Shown: positions 27,801 to 40,940 of the stretch, piece by piece
How positions within the stretch are numbered: the first letter of the stretch is position 1
Layout of the letters: every line of letters starts with the position of its first letter
Source of the DNA: Bugula neritina
Taxonomy: Eukaryota > Animalia > Bryozoa
DNA length: 64,000 nt
Reading direction: 5' to 3'
Assembly: GCA_964035545.1 (NCBI GenBank)
Contig: OZ037771.1
Location: 9,231,408-9,295,407 of the forward strand
Made by a program: the position numbers and the translations under genes
Notes under the pieces: model-generated
Database searches by the model: none
Told to the model about the DNA's origin: nothing
The model's input: the letters and a program-made list of their open reading frames with translations, nothing else

Positions 27801-30800
27801 TAATAATTTACAGTTGAGCTGCAAAAATATTTCTGTTCTTTGTTAGCGTATTTTCTCATCTTATAAACACAACTTACTTCTGAATCATAATCAAGGGACA
27901 TAACTCCACTGTTGGCTCCAGTCAGCATTCCTTTTTTCTGAGTTGTATCTATATAAAGAACATAAGTACAAACACTATGTCTATATATAGAACATAAGTA
28001 CATACACTATGGCTATATATAGAACATAAGTACATACACTATGTCTATATATAGAACATAAGTACAAACACTATGTCTATATATAGAATATAAGTACAAA
28101 CACTATGTCTATATATAGAATATAAGTACAAACACCATGTCTATATAAAGAACATAAGTACAAACACTATGTCTATATATAGAACATAAGTACATACACT
28201 ATGGCTATATATAGAACATAAGTACATACACTATGTCTATATATAGAACATAAGTACAAACACTATGTCTATATATAGAATATAAGTACAAACACTATGT
28301 CTATATATAGAATATAAGTACAAACACTATGTCTATATATAGAACATAAGTACATACACTATGTCTATATATAGAACATAAGTACAAACACTATGTCTAT
28401 ATATAGAATATAAGTACAAACACTATGGCTATATATAGAACATAAGTACAAACACTATGTCTATATATAGAACATAAGTAAAAACACTATGTCTATATAT
28501 AGAACATAAGTAAAAACACTATGTCTATATATAGAATATAAGTATAAACACTATAGCTATATATAGAACATAAGTACAAACACTATGGCTATATATAGAA
28601 TATAGATACAAACACCATGTCTATATATAGAACATAAGTACAAACACTATGTCTATATATAGGATATAAGTACAAACACTATGGCTATATATAGAACATA
28701 AGTACAAACACTATGTCTATATATAGAACATAAGTAAAAACGCTATGTCTATATATAGAACATAAGTAAAAACACTATGTCTATATATAGAATATAAGTA
28801 TAAACACTATAGCTATATATAGAACATAAGTACAAACACTATGGCTATATATAGAATATAGATACAAACACCATGTCTATATATAGAATATAAGTACATA
28901 CACTATGTCTATAATTATATAGAATATAAGTATAAACACCATGTCTATATATAGAACATAAGTACAAGCACTATGGCTATATATAGAACATAAGTACAAG
29001 CACTATAGCTATATATAGAATATAAGTATAAACACTATAGCTATATATAGAACATAAGTATTTTTATGTTGTGTTAATTTGCAGTTATTATATGTTTATG
29101 CTGTAGAGACTACACTCGGTTGAGGGCTAAAACTCTAACTTATATTTGTAAATCTTCATCTTATATATATACAGAATATGACATCATACAGTTGCCAAAC
29201 ACTATCTGATTCATGCAATAATAATAAACAACACCATTGCATGCAGCACACATTCAAAACATTACAAGTATAAACACTATGTCTATATATAGAACATAAG
29301 TACAAACACCATGTCTATATATAAAATGTAAGTATAAACACTATGTCTATATATAGAATATAATATAAGTAGCCTACAAACACCAATTTATATATCGCTG
29401 TTTGCAGAAAATATTATAAACAAATAAACAATTGGAAAAAACACTTAAGAAATATTAACTGGTGACCTTTCACTTTAAAACAGCTCTTCTCCATTCAGCT
29501 ATCTATTCAAAGTTATAGTGGTAGAGCTATATAGTAATCAGTTATATACTTCTATAGTCATATATAGCTATATATTCATGTAGTTATATAGTAATATAGC
29601 CATGTAGGTATATAGTGATATAGCCATGTAGGTATATAGTAATATAGCCATGTAGGTATATAGTAATATAGCCATGTAGGTATATAGTAATATAGCTATG
29701 TAAGTATATAGTAATATAGCCATGTAGGTATATACTGATATAGCCATGTAGGTATATAGTAATATAGTCATGTAGGTATATAGTAATATAGCCATGTAGG
29801 TATATAGTGATATAGCCATGTAGGTATATAGTAATATAGCCATGTAGGTATAAAGTATTATAGCCATGTAGTTATATAGTAATATAGCCATGTAGGTATA
29901 TAGTGATATAGCCATGTAGGTATATAGTAATATAGCCATGTAGATATATAGTCATGCAGTTTAGTAACTTACGACTTGCAGTCACTTCCCATATCTTGAC
30001 CTTTCTATCAACGCCAGCGGTTGCAAAGATCTTTCCGGATGGACTCCATTTGACGTCACTAATTTCACTATCGTGTGCTTCCTACAAATAGATAAGACAA
30101 ATCTAGACTTCACCTTGTTATCTGCAAGTACCACACGTAAATACAGAAGCACATGGAGCCATCATTGTTTACATAAGCAACACTAACAAGGAAACCTACA
30201 TTACTTACTTTGACAATGCCTGCCTACACACTAGGATTACATATACGTCTGTCTAGTATTTCAGATTATTTATGTGAAACCTGAATGTGACAAGGTTTAT
30301 CACTGCTGTACGATGTAGCTAACAGAAACTCCTGGACACATATGCAGTACTAACATAGAAGCTCACACAATCATACAAGTTTACATTATCTTATGTAGTA
30401 ACCACTAGCTGCACATGAGCATAAACACTAGCTGCACATGAGCATACGGACTCACAAATGAGTGAAGGACTTTAGTTGGTACTGTAGAAGTAGCATATCC
30501 TCCAAAACGCATTCTGCAACACAAAATATGAACAATTAAAATTCCATATCTAGTAAGTGCAGGACATATAACAAATCAAATGAAATGGAGATGCTGGTGT
30601 GTATCATACAGCTGGATAAGTTAATGAACTGTACATGAGTACCTCTGCCAGACTACTTGTCTCTGTGGGACATAGTAATACTGTGACAGTGTGGTATAGT
30701 AATACTGTGACAGTGTGACATAGTAATACTGTGACAGTGTGACATAGTAGTACTGTGACAGTGTGGTATAGTAATACTGTGACAGTGTGGTATAGTAATA

Positions 30801-33800
30801 CTGTGACAGTGTGGTATAGTAATACTGTGACAGTGTGGTATAGTAATACTGTGACAGTGTGATATAGTAGTACTGTGACAGTGTGGTATAGTAATACTGT
30901 GACAGTGTGGTATAGTAATACTGTGACAGTGTGGTATAGTAATACTGTAACAGTGTGGTATAGTAATACTGTGACAGTGTGGTATAGTAATACTGTGACA
31001 GTGTGGTATAGTAGTACTGTGACAGTGTGGTATAGTAATACTGTGACAGTGTGGTATAGTAATACTGTGACAGTGTGGTATAGTAATACTGTGACAGTGT
31101 GGTATAGTAATACTGTGACAGTGTGGTATAGCAATACTGTGACAGTGTGGTATAGTAATAATGTGACAGTGTATTATAGTAATACTGTGACAGTGTGATA
31201 TAGTAGTACTGTGACAGTGTGGTATAGTAATACTGTGACAGTGTGACATAGTAATACTGTGACAGTGTGGTATAGTAATACTGTGACAGTGTGATATAGT
31301 AGTACTATGACAGTGTGGTATAGTAATACTGTGACAGTGTGGTATAGTAGTACTGTGACAGTGTGGTATAGTAGTACTGTGACAGTGTGACATAGTAATA
31401 CTGTGACAGTGTGACATAGTAGTACTGTGACAGTGTGGTATAGTAATACTGTGACAGTGTGGTATAGTAATACTGTGACAGTGTAGTATAGTAATACTGT
31501 GACAGTGTGACATAGTAATACTGTGACAGTGTGGTATAGTAATACTGTAACAGTGTGGTATAGTAATACTGTGACAGTGTGGTATAGTAATACTGTGACA
31601 GTGTGATATAGTAGTACTGTGACAGTGTGGTATAGTAATACTGTGACAGTGTGGTATAGTAATACTGTGACAGTGTGGTATAGTAATACTGTGACAGTGT
31701 AGTATAGTAATACTGTGACAGTGTGGTATAGTAATACTGTGACAGTGTGGTATAGTAATACTGTGACAGTGTGGTATAGTAATACTGTGACAGTGTGGTA
31801 TAGTAATACTGTGACAGTGTGGTATAGTAATACTGTGACAGTGTGATATAGTAGTACTGTGACAGTGTGGTATAGTAGTACTGTGACAGTGTGGTATAGT
31901 AGTACTGTGACAGTGTGGTATAGTAGTACTGTGACAGTGTGGTATAGTAGTACTGTGACAGTGTGACATAGTAATACTGTGACAGTGTGACATAGTAGTA
32001 CTGTGACAGTGTGGTATAGTAATACTGTGACAGTGTGGTATAGTAATACTGTGACAGTGTAGTATAGTAATACTGTGACAGTGTGACATAGTAATACTGT
32101 GACAGTGTGGTATAGTAATACTGTAACAGTGTGGTATAGTAATACTGTGACAGTGTGGTATAGTAATACTGTGACAGTGTGATATAGTAGTACTGTGACA
32201 GTGTGGTATAGTAATACTGTGACAGTGTGGTATAGTAATACTGTGACAGTGTAGTATAGTAATACTGTGACAGTGTGGTATAGTAATACTGTGACAGTGT
32301 GGTATAGTAATACTGTGACAGTGTGGTATAGTAATACTGTGACAGTGTGGTATAGTAATACTGTGACAGTGTGGTATAGTAATAATGTGACAGTGTGGTA
32401 TAGTAATACTGTGACAGTGTGGTATAGTAGTACTATGACAGTGTGGTATAGTAATACTGTGACAGTGTGGTATAGTAGTACTGTGACAGTGTGGTATAGT
32501 AATACTGTGACAGTGTGGTATAGTAATAATGTGACAGTGTGGTATAGTGTGGTATTAGGGAGCAGCCGTGGTCTAGGGGTTAGAGTGTTAGCCTAGTATG
32601 CACGAAGCCATGGGTTCGAGCCCATACAAATGTCATTGGTGATGTTAGAAAGAGCAACCAGTCATAATTGCTCCTGTGCCCCACCTGAATAAGTCCTTAG
32701 CCTGATTTAACAAAAAAACCCTCTCATCAGAGGTTTTCTCACAGGGATGGCGACCATAAACTTGCGTGAGTAGTCTGGTATAGTAGTACTGTGACAGACT
32801 GTAAATAGTTTATAGACATACCCAATAGAAGGTTCTTCTACAACTATATTGTCTTTCATCGCTTGGTCAATCTTCTGTCGTATCTCAATTTGCTTCCTCC
32901 TCTGGAAGTCCTCCATTTCCCTATTCTGTGCGTCTGCATCTTGTTGAGTTCTCACCAACCACCTGGCAGTGCAGAACATGACTCACCAGTTTCACACAAA
33001 AGACACAAGCAGTGAAGTGGACATGTTAAGTTAAAGCAGGAACTTCGTATCGTTACCATCTTTTGTTTATCAACACTCTTGACATTATGTCACTTGATGT
33101 AAAAAATATTTTTGAAAATATTTTAGTGCACAGACCTAGTCACTTCTCTGTTGCTGAGAGTAAACAACTTGGTACTCATGCACCTCAACTGAAACAGCTC
33201 TTAGAAGGTGGAGCACTAATAACTACTACAGAGTAAAACTCAATACTAAGAACAACTGTGATAGCGACAGAAATTGCTCAACTTTTAGACAACTTGAGGC
33301 TACCAACACTGCTAGACATCTTTGTGCACTACAATGCACTGTGAATAGTAAACAAACATAATAAAATTTACCTGTTGATTAGTTCATTATACTGAGCTTC
33401 GACTGTCTTGTATTTTTCTTGTAAACACACAAACTCTAACTGCAATGCTTGCTGCTCATCTTTTAGCATCTGAAAATGTATACTAGAATGTATATTTATT
33501 TTACTCTAAAAGCAATAGGCTAATTACATGCATACATCACACTAGTCATTTTACTAAACTAACAAACAATGACTATGTTTACAACCTTTAACCCAACTGA
33601 ATAGCAGTGATAATCTGCTGATTTAAGTTCTGCACAAGAATTAGAAACTTTTCAGCCTCATCACATCACAACTACAGAAATGTTGCTTGTACAAGATAAG
33701 GACTCAAGTTAGGCTTTAACTGCCAAAGTTATAGGATATAAAGTATGTATTTAAATTAAGTTCTTTAATGCATTTGCTGTTCTCTAGCAAGCTAAACTTC

Positions 33801-36152
33801 TGTAATATGGAAATATTAGAATAACAATAAAACTACTTCAAAAACTATCAAAGTCATTCATGGTGACTTCAGCTACGATACTTTACTAGCAGTGAGGGTT
33901 AAGCCCTTCTTCTTTGACCTTGCTTACAGACTCATGTATTAGTATTCACAGCTACTTTGATTGGTAAATCAAATCTTACTATGAAAAGCTAAATGACTTG
34001 GTTTTCCAATTAAGTGAATTGACTTGCAGGTTAGAAAACTAAAAGGTTGTTTATATGGTGAGCCTGCAGTGTAAACATAATTGCTCTATTGAAACAAAAT
34101 TAACTTTAAAACTCGTACCTGATTTGTAGCTTCTAGCTCACTAACGTGGCCCTTCATCCTGGCAGATCTATCTGAGTGCTGCTTTACTTCGATCTGCTTA
34201 GCTAGTATTCTACACAAAGAAATAGTAAAGACTCTAAAGTATGCCACCGATATTATTCCTAGACATCAAGATCTGAAGCTATTTGACAAAACATATTTTA
34301 GCAAATGAGAGTCATGGCATAAACACAAGTTTATGCACCAATATTGGCTCTTTGTATGGAGAGAGCTCTTAGCTTACACAGAGTCTTTTTCACCAAGCTG
34401 CTTCTCACACTCCTGCAGTTTGTTCTTCAAGTCAATAATTTCTTGATTTTTCTAAAAGATTAATCATACCTGTGTCAGTTTCATAATGTATATACACTAA
34501 GGTGCAAGAAATATAGAGGACCTAAAAGCATAAAATATAAGAATCGAACAACTTACTTCACCTCGTTCTCTTAACAGACCCGTCAACTCTTCTTGTATTT
34601 TAATATGTTGCTGAAGCTGCTCTTCTGAAGCGCTGCAATTGGTATCCAAACTTAAAATACTTAAGAAATATAACTAACATAACCAAAATGCAGTACAAAA
34701 AGTAAAAAGTCAAAAAAGAAATAACTAAAAATATTGACATCAAGCACAAGTATGGAGTAATTTTAGCAACAATCATAGTAATAACTCACACGGATGTAAC
34801 TTTCTTCTGACGCAAGGAAACATTCTCCAGGCGAAGATCCCCTTCATTGCGTTCTAACTCTTTACATTTTGTTTTCAGAGTTAAAACTTCAGTTAAAAGT
34901 TTTGAATCTAAAACCATAACCATAAGAACTCATAAATTTCTAAACCAAATTAGAGTTGGCCATATATTTTGCTTCTCTGAAAAAATAATGTTCCCAATTG
35001 TAAAGCACCAATACATGTAAAGCGATAATTGCGGTTAATTTTTAAACACTTCACAATTTCAACTTGCTGCAAATCAGCAGACAAGAAAATTTTTTAACCT
35101 GTAAAAAAATTTTCACTTTAAAATTTTGAATTATTTAGCAATAACTATTATCAGGCTATTAGAATCATGTATTCTAGTAAAAATATCAAATCTGCAAATA
35201 CAATAGAAATTAATGAAAATAGATGTCATATAAAATAGGTCAATTAGTATTTATTAGATAATATTATAAACATGAAATAATAAACTATTTTACTAATTTC
35301 TAGTTACATGTGATTTAGTTACAGTTTGGTCTTTGCTGCCAGTTTCATTAAACGCTGAGCAAGTTACAGGCCAACTGACACAAAGGAATGTATACTCATA
35401 TTAATTGCCATTCATTATTTGAATTAGGAGCCTTCTGAGTGACAATTGAAGGCAGTTGTCCATTTACCAGCATGTTTTACAAAAGCTGCTGAAACTGACT
35501 GCAAATAAAATTGAAAGTCAGCCTGACTTACTGAAAGAAGAGTAACAGTAAGTTGCCTCTCTTTGTTAATACTATTTGTGACATTGCTATTGCGTAAGTT
35601 CAGTGTCAGCCTAGCAAACATGGTTATGTAGAGACATGCTCAAAAGGCCTCTTTATGCAGTCTAAGCCTCAACAATTAACAGAATGCATGAACAACAATA
35701 GTTCTGCCTTAAAATTATAAAAATGTTTACTATAAACTGTAAACCAATACTTGTCCTAGATGACCAACTAGAAACTATGTATGTTTAGAAGTAAACATGG
35801 CATCACATAAAAGTACAAATATTAGATTTAGATGTAACTCGTAGTTAATAAACACAGCAGACATGGCACTATTAGTTTTACAGTTACTTATTGGTATTAA
35901 TTGCTAGTCACTATTCACTATTGGCTGTTCAAAGACAACATAAAAATGGTGTTATAATGTCAAGGTATCAAGTAATTAAACCAAATCTAACACTTACACT
36001 ACAGCTATACTCATGCGAATAGTAATACTCACTCGAAGACAATAGTATTATTGGCAACAGAACTCACTTGAGTTTACTATTTTGAACAAACTCTCCTTTT
36101 CCACTCGATTTCTTTCTTTCAACAGACCATAAATAACTTTACCAAAGTCCAT
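24885..36152 (-). CDS. ATG16L1: Autophagy-related protein 16-1 (N-terminal ATG5-binding helix, coiled coil, WD40 repeats), 16 coding exons, about 538 aa
   Basis: Exons 36068-36152, 34790-34907, 34557-34632, 34378-34451, 34119-34209, 33372-33469, 32822-32962, 30456-30513, 29973-30081, 27878-27948, 27420-27615, 26918-27091, 26645-26729, 26453-26500, 25673-25771, 24885-24978 join in phase (1617 nt, GT-AG). Motifs [61 protein letters not shown]. Confidence 0.93.
24992..25353. repeat. 21-bp minisatellite (atatacagtgtaactctgata)
   Basis: About 17 tandem copies in the last ATG16 intron. Confidence 0.95.
25870..26422. repeat. 24-bp minisatellite (tagtgagctgtagtagatactgta)
   Basis: About 23 tandem copies, intronic. 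Confidence 0.95.
27949..29060. repeat. 30-bp minisatellite (ctatatatagaacataagtacaaacactatgt-like), extra copies at about 29265-29365
   Basis: About 37 tandem copies abutting the acceptor of ATG16 exon 27878-27948. Confidence 0.95.
29560..29955. repeat. 24-bp minisatellite (tatatagtaatatagccatgtagg)
   Basis: About 16 tandem copies next to the donor at 29972. Confidence 0.95.
30670..32555. repeat. 24-bp minisatellite (tagtaatactgtgacagtgtggta), about 1.9 kb
   Basis: About 78 tandem copies with recurring variants; one more unit at 32774-32797 beyond the SINE. Confidence 0.97.
32558..32773 (+). mobile_element. tRNA-derived SINE
   Basis: A-box tggtctagggg (32569) and B-box ggttcgagccc (32613), followed by a non-tRNA body; a degenerate copy of the body lies at about 41460-41550. 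Confidence 0.75.
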
Positions 36153-36279
36153 ATCCTTATATCATTTATAGCCAAACTTCACGGCTAATCAACCTTTTAA
36201 TTATATCAGAAATACATTGTATGACGATCAATTCAAAATTAATAGCCACAACCATAAAATTATTGACTAAACCTACTCC

Positions 36280-36444
36280 TAGAGCTACTAGCACTGGTGC
36301 TGTATTACAAATACTATTACTACTACCAGTACTTACTGCAGTACTACTACTAGTACTATTACCACTAGTAGTAGTAACAGTACTACTAAGTCCAATACTA
36401 GTAGTAGTAACAGTAATAACTAGTGGTAGTAGCAGCAGCAGCAT

Positions 36445-36476
<32 letters not shown>

Positions 36477-36580
36477 ACTAGTAGTAGTAGCAGTAGTACT
36501 AGTAGTAGTACTAGTAGCACTAGCAGCACTACTAGTACTACTACTGTAACTATAGACGTAGCACTAGCAGTAGACGTAGT
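36280..36580. repeat. Degenerate (ACT)n/(AGT)n trinucleotide tract upstream of the ATG16 start
   Basis: Direct and inverted cta/tag runs. Confidence 0.85.
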
Positions 36581-37302
36581 GCAACCACAAATCTTTAACA
36601 ATTGCAAGCTCTGATGGACTGAGACTAATAGGTGATAGTCATAGTGATAGTCATAGTCACTTAGTAACTCTTAGAGTTAGTATCACTGTCTACTGATTGC
36701 ACCGTACTTCCAGTTCCTCTATTCAGTTTACTAACAGTGCTGGGATGGTCTAAACACGTTTGAATTGAATTTAGTCGTACCAAAAACAAATGAAAATACA
36801 TCTCGAAATTAAAATTTAAACTGGAACTTTAAACTCAATCAGTGCAGAGCCATTGCCAGCAGAGAATCAGGGCGAGAATGAGAACGAAAGTGAAATGAAA
36901 AATTAAAAGATCAGCAGTTCAATAAACTTTATACTACTAACAAGCAAAAAATTATCAAAACAAATAAAGATTAAAATTTTTCTAACTTACCTTATAAAAT
37001 TTGATGTAAAGTAAAATTCAAGTCTTCAAGATTAAGTTGTGAGGAAGTTCAAGTTTAGAAACCACTTTTCTTATCAAATTTAACAAAAATTATCATTTCA
37101 GCTGTTTGCGCACTGTAGCCTGTGCTTTTGCAATAATACTTACCAAACACTACGATTGCGAACCGATAGAATTCATAATTGAGATGTTGAAACATTTCTA
37201 GGTACATGCACAGCGTTGCAAGCTTAACATTTATTCACCCCTCAGTTTTTTTATGAATAAATAACTCCAAATTAGAAATCTTGAAATTATGCAACAATAA
37301 AA

Positions 37303-37445
37303 ATTGCTATTCTGAAGATGGGCACAGTGGTGCCCGAAATATTAGTTAAATACTTTGCCTAATAAAGTAATAAAACCACGATGTTTCTTGTATACTTATT
37401 CATTTATTCATAATTAAATTGCTAGCTCGTAAAGATATATTTAAA
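37303..37445 (+). mobile_element. Diverged copy of the hammerhead-bearing PLE end seen at 2125-2260
   Basis: attgctatt CTGAAGA t gggcac agtg gtgccc GAAA tatt ... aaattgctagctcgtaaagatatatttaaa. Confidence 0.8.
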
Positions 37446-37519
37446 AATTAATACTGTTATTAGTGAAGTATATAACACCTACACACACAGGCATGTACGC
37501 ACACATAATTTTTTTTGTC

Positions 37520-37810
37520 TATTATTGCCGTGGTCCGTAATGGCTTACATCTCGTATTAGCTCATAACATCTACTGCTTTTGCCACTATTGACCTCCATA
37601 CTTTTCTATCTTGTGTCAGATCTATACATTGATCAAATATTACGTTAGCGTAATAATATGTTTTGAGGTCTTTTTTGACAGTATCAACCCATAAGAATTT
37701 TTTGGATCCTCTGGGATGTTTCGCTGGGTAGTTCAGATATATCTCTAGTGCTTGCTTGGCTGGTGCACCTTCGGTAGCCTAAGAAGGTGCATGAGCCATC
37801 TTATTCTACG
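37520..37810 (-). mobile_element. 5'-truncated RTE-like LINE 3' end
   Basis: With one frameshift translates to RRIRWLMHLLRLP-GAPAKQAL...HPRGSKKFLWVDTVKKDL...QDRKVWRSIV*, matching the C-terminal pattern of RTE-clade ORFs. Confidence 0.7.
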
Positions 37811-39108
37811 TGTTATATATCATTGAAATGTTCAATATTAGACATAATAACATAAAAAAACTACAGCATTTTATCTTATGAGTATCTACATATGAAAATG
37901 TCAGTAATACAAGCCTTTTAAATTTTAACAAGTGTGTGCGTGCGTGCTTGTAAACTTAAGAAGCTATTATCAAGTATTATAATACTGATTAATATTAGAT
38001 AATTTTTTAATTAGTCTATGTTCTGTACCATTTAATAGAAGCCAGCTGAGTCAAGTGCAAAGATGAACATTAATTTAAATTACAACTTTTCCTATGTTTG
38101 ACATTCGTGTCCAAAACCTGACAGAAGTATGATGATATGATAAATGAATAACAATAGTGAGAATAAATTAATTGTTAGTGTGGGTTTTGTTGTGTGCTAT
38201 AATGCTGGTGCCAAATGGTACACTTGCAGAAGTTATGTTTACAGTGACAGCCGTCAACCAGTTTGGTTTAATATTACTACATGTTGGTGGCAGTTCAGCA
38301 TAATTCTTCACTTTGTGTATGGTGATGCTTCAAGTGTTACATAAAATCTGATAGCTGACTAAAGGTTTGCATAGTATATTCACAGTTTATGGAAAAGTAG
38401 GAAACAGTGTCAATAACCTATTTTAGAATAAGAAAATAGATAAATCTTCAAGTTTAATTCAAATTGTTAATCTGGTAACTAATGAAATGATATTGTGGCT
38501 AATTTACATATGCCAGACAATTCACTATAATGTGCCTTGGTAGAAATTAGGAAATGAATTTTCATTCTACCCAGGGCAAACTTTGGTCAGCTAATGCCAG
38601 TTGCTGTAAGTAATGAAGTTGGTGGCCACAACATGGTGATACAAGCAAGCCAGCTACTCGTACTTTGGAGTCGAAAACTTTAAATATGACAAATTAAGCA
38701 AAGCTGCTGTGATGTAAACTTAATAACCTTTTCACTGCTGTAAAGGGTTTTAAAGCAGCTAAAGACTGCAGCATGCATCAGTGACTTCACCACTAGATCC
38801 TAACTGTTGTATAATTATTCAAGTTCACATTTATATACTGGGGACGATCTACTAACTTTACTATACAGATTATATGCTGATACAATCTATTATTATAACA
38901 CATATTCTATTAAAGCTTTAATTTGTAATAAAAAACAATCTAATGAAATTCTAATCATAGAACACCTGTAATTTGTTATATAACTTGGTCTAGCCTTGTT
39001 TTCGCAAAAAATAAAGTTCTTATATGAGTTAAACTTTCTACAATAGGTACTATACTACTATATATCATTTTACATAATGTAATAATTTAGCACATATGTT
39101 ACATTGTA

Positions 39109-40434
39109 GGGGTAACGGGGGGGGGGGGGGCACAATGGGCCGAATTTTGCATTTGTTGCTCTCATTCGTCTGTTTTTCAAGTTACTAGTTCAATAATCTC
39201 TAGTCTTAATACTACATCTGTTGTCTATTACAGGTACCAGTTTGTTGTTTCTATCTTTCTCACAACTTTCAGAATAATGAAATTTTCGTGACGAAAAAAT
39301 TGGCCCATTGTGCCCCGGTACCGGGGTACAATGGGCCACTGGGTGGGACACAACAAATATGTTGAAATTTTGCAGATTTTGTTGCATCTGATCTTTATTT
39401 ATCTAATGTTACAAGTAATTAAAGATACTCTTTCAGATCTACAGCAAAATTTATGTTTTAGCTGTACAGTTTGTGCCACTACGGATAGCAAAGGAAGGCA
39501 AAATCAAACGCACGTCCCTCGGTTCTGCAGTGCCATTATCATTACTGTTTAAAACTAAAAATGTTTTGTTATTTTCACTTTAAAGCAACGTTTATTTAAA
39601 AAAAACTTTACTAACATGTACTACAAAATTCTGAGTGAACTTTTTTCAATGAACTGTAGCTAAGGTGCATGCATGGCTGAGGTTTGTGACTGGAGTACGG
39701 AAGGGAGAGGGGGGAGCAAATGAGCAAATCACAATTTATTTCAGTCAAATGCATGTATATTCCCTCAATGGTGTAATATATAATGATTATCATGACTATC
39801 TCTTAGTAGCAACAGCAGAGTGTTTTGTATTATGTATAAAATGGCAAAGCTTTAACCTCACCAGATGTATGTATTAGGGGAGCTTCACCTTGTAGTTTTG
39901 TAGTCTTACCATGATGTCTTTGATATTTTACAAAAAGGTCAGAAATGGCTATATTTATAGATTTTAGTAACAGTTCAACCAACTTTTTGGGCAAACAAAC
40001 TAATAACAGTGATCAGGGTGCAATAATCAGGTGGCTCATTGTGCCCCGGCCAGCGTGGCCCATTGTGCCCCGTGTGGCCAAATTGAAAATAAATGTGCCT
40101 CAAGGAAAATTTATTTCAGTGTTTGCTGTTATACTAGTTAAGCATTGTAGAGACAAGCAATGGCAACAATATCAGTAAAATCTAGGCTTCTTGCCTTTGA
40201 GTGTAAAAAGTTATAAGGCTTTAACGACGTCCTAAAGAATTTACAAAAAGTAGGTAAAAACAGTTTTTTACTCGCCTTTTCAACACGTATGTTTCGCAAG
40301 TGTTGAAACTACAAAGGCTGAATAATTATGTCAATATCTTTTTATGAAAAAAAATCACAACTCTAAGTCAATAAATTCTCTCACAATTTGGCCGGCTTTT
40401 TGTACCCCTATGACCGTTGTGCCTCCGTTACCCC
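39109..40434. mobile_element. Non-autonomous DNA transposon (Tc1/mariner/pogo-like), TA TSD
   Basis: TIR ggggtaacgg(G)ngcacaa ... ttgtgcctccgttacccc flanked by TA; internal repeats of ggcccattgtgcccc; no transposase. Confidence 0.8.
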
Positions 40435-40689
40435 TATACTATATATAGTAGCTATAGTGCTATAGGACTTATTACAATGTATATTAAAGTAGGGTAAATG
40501 TTGCAGTACGTCTTTTAGAAAGTAGTATATTTTGGACCATATTATAGCAAACACAGTTTGTATGGTCTATATTACAAAATATACAACAGTATGTACTATA
40601 TAGTGCATAATATGGTGCATATCTTACAGCATGCATATCTATTATAATTCTGATTTATTCAATTTCTACTCACTTTTATTTGCAATGAA

Positions 40690-40940
40690 TAGCAGCCACC
40701 GCAGGTGTGAGGGAGCAGCCACGGGTAGGAGGGAGCAGCCACAGGTATGAGGGAGCAGCCACAGGTAGGAGAGAACAGTCACAGGTGTGAGGGAGCAGCC
40801 ACAGGTGGGAGAGAGCAGCCACAGGTAGGAGAGAGCAGCAACAGGTAGGAGGGAGCAGCCACAGGTGGGAGAGAGCAGCCACAGGTAGGAGAGAGCAGCC
40901 ACAGGTAGGAGGGAGCAGCCACGGGTGGGAGGGAGCAGCA
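40690..40940. repeat. 20-bp GC-rich minisatellite (gagcagccacaggtaggagg)
   Basis: About 12 tandem copies. Confidence 0.95.

Noticed and set aside
24905-29939. Repetitive ORFs ([30 protein letters not shown])
   Set aside because: Artefacts of 21-24-bp tandem repeats.
30643-30662. Possible ATG16 micro-exon at the edge of the array
   Set aside because: The 20-nt version introduces a stop, the 18-nt version needs a weak GAG acceptor, and the flanking exons already join in phase.
30653-32089. 478-aa His/Cys-rich ORF (HCHSITIP)n, resembling a metal-binding protein
   Set aside because: Translation of a 24-bp intronic minisatellite; several frames are open because the period is 3n, and it lies within an ATG16L1 intron.
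27949-32555. CRISPR-like arrays
   Set aside because: Head-to-tail repeats with no unique spacers, no cas genes and a eukaryotic context.
32558-32630. tRNA gene
   Set aside because: A and B boxes are present but there is no convincing acceptor stem, and it continues into a repeated SINE body.
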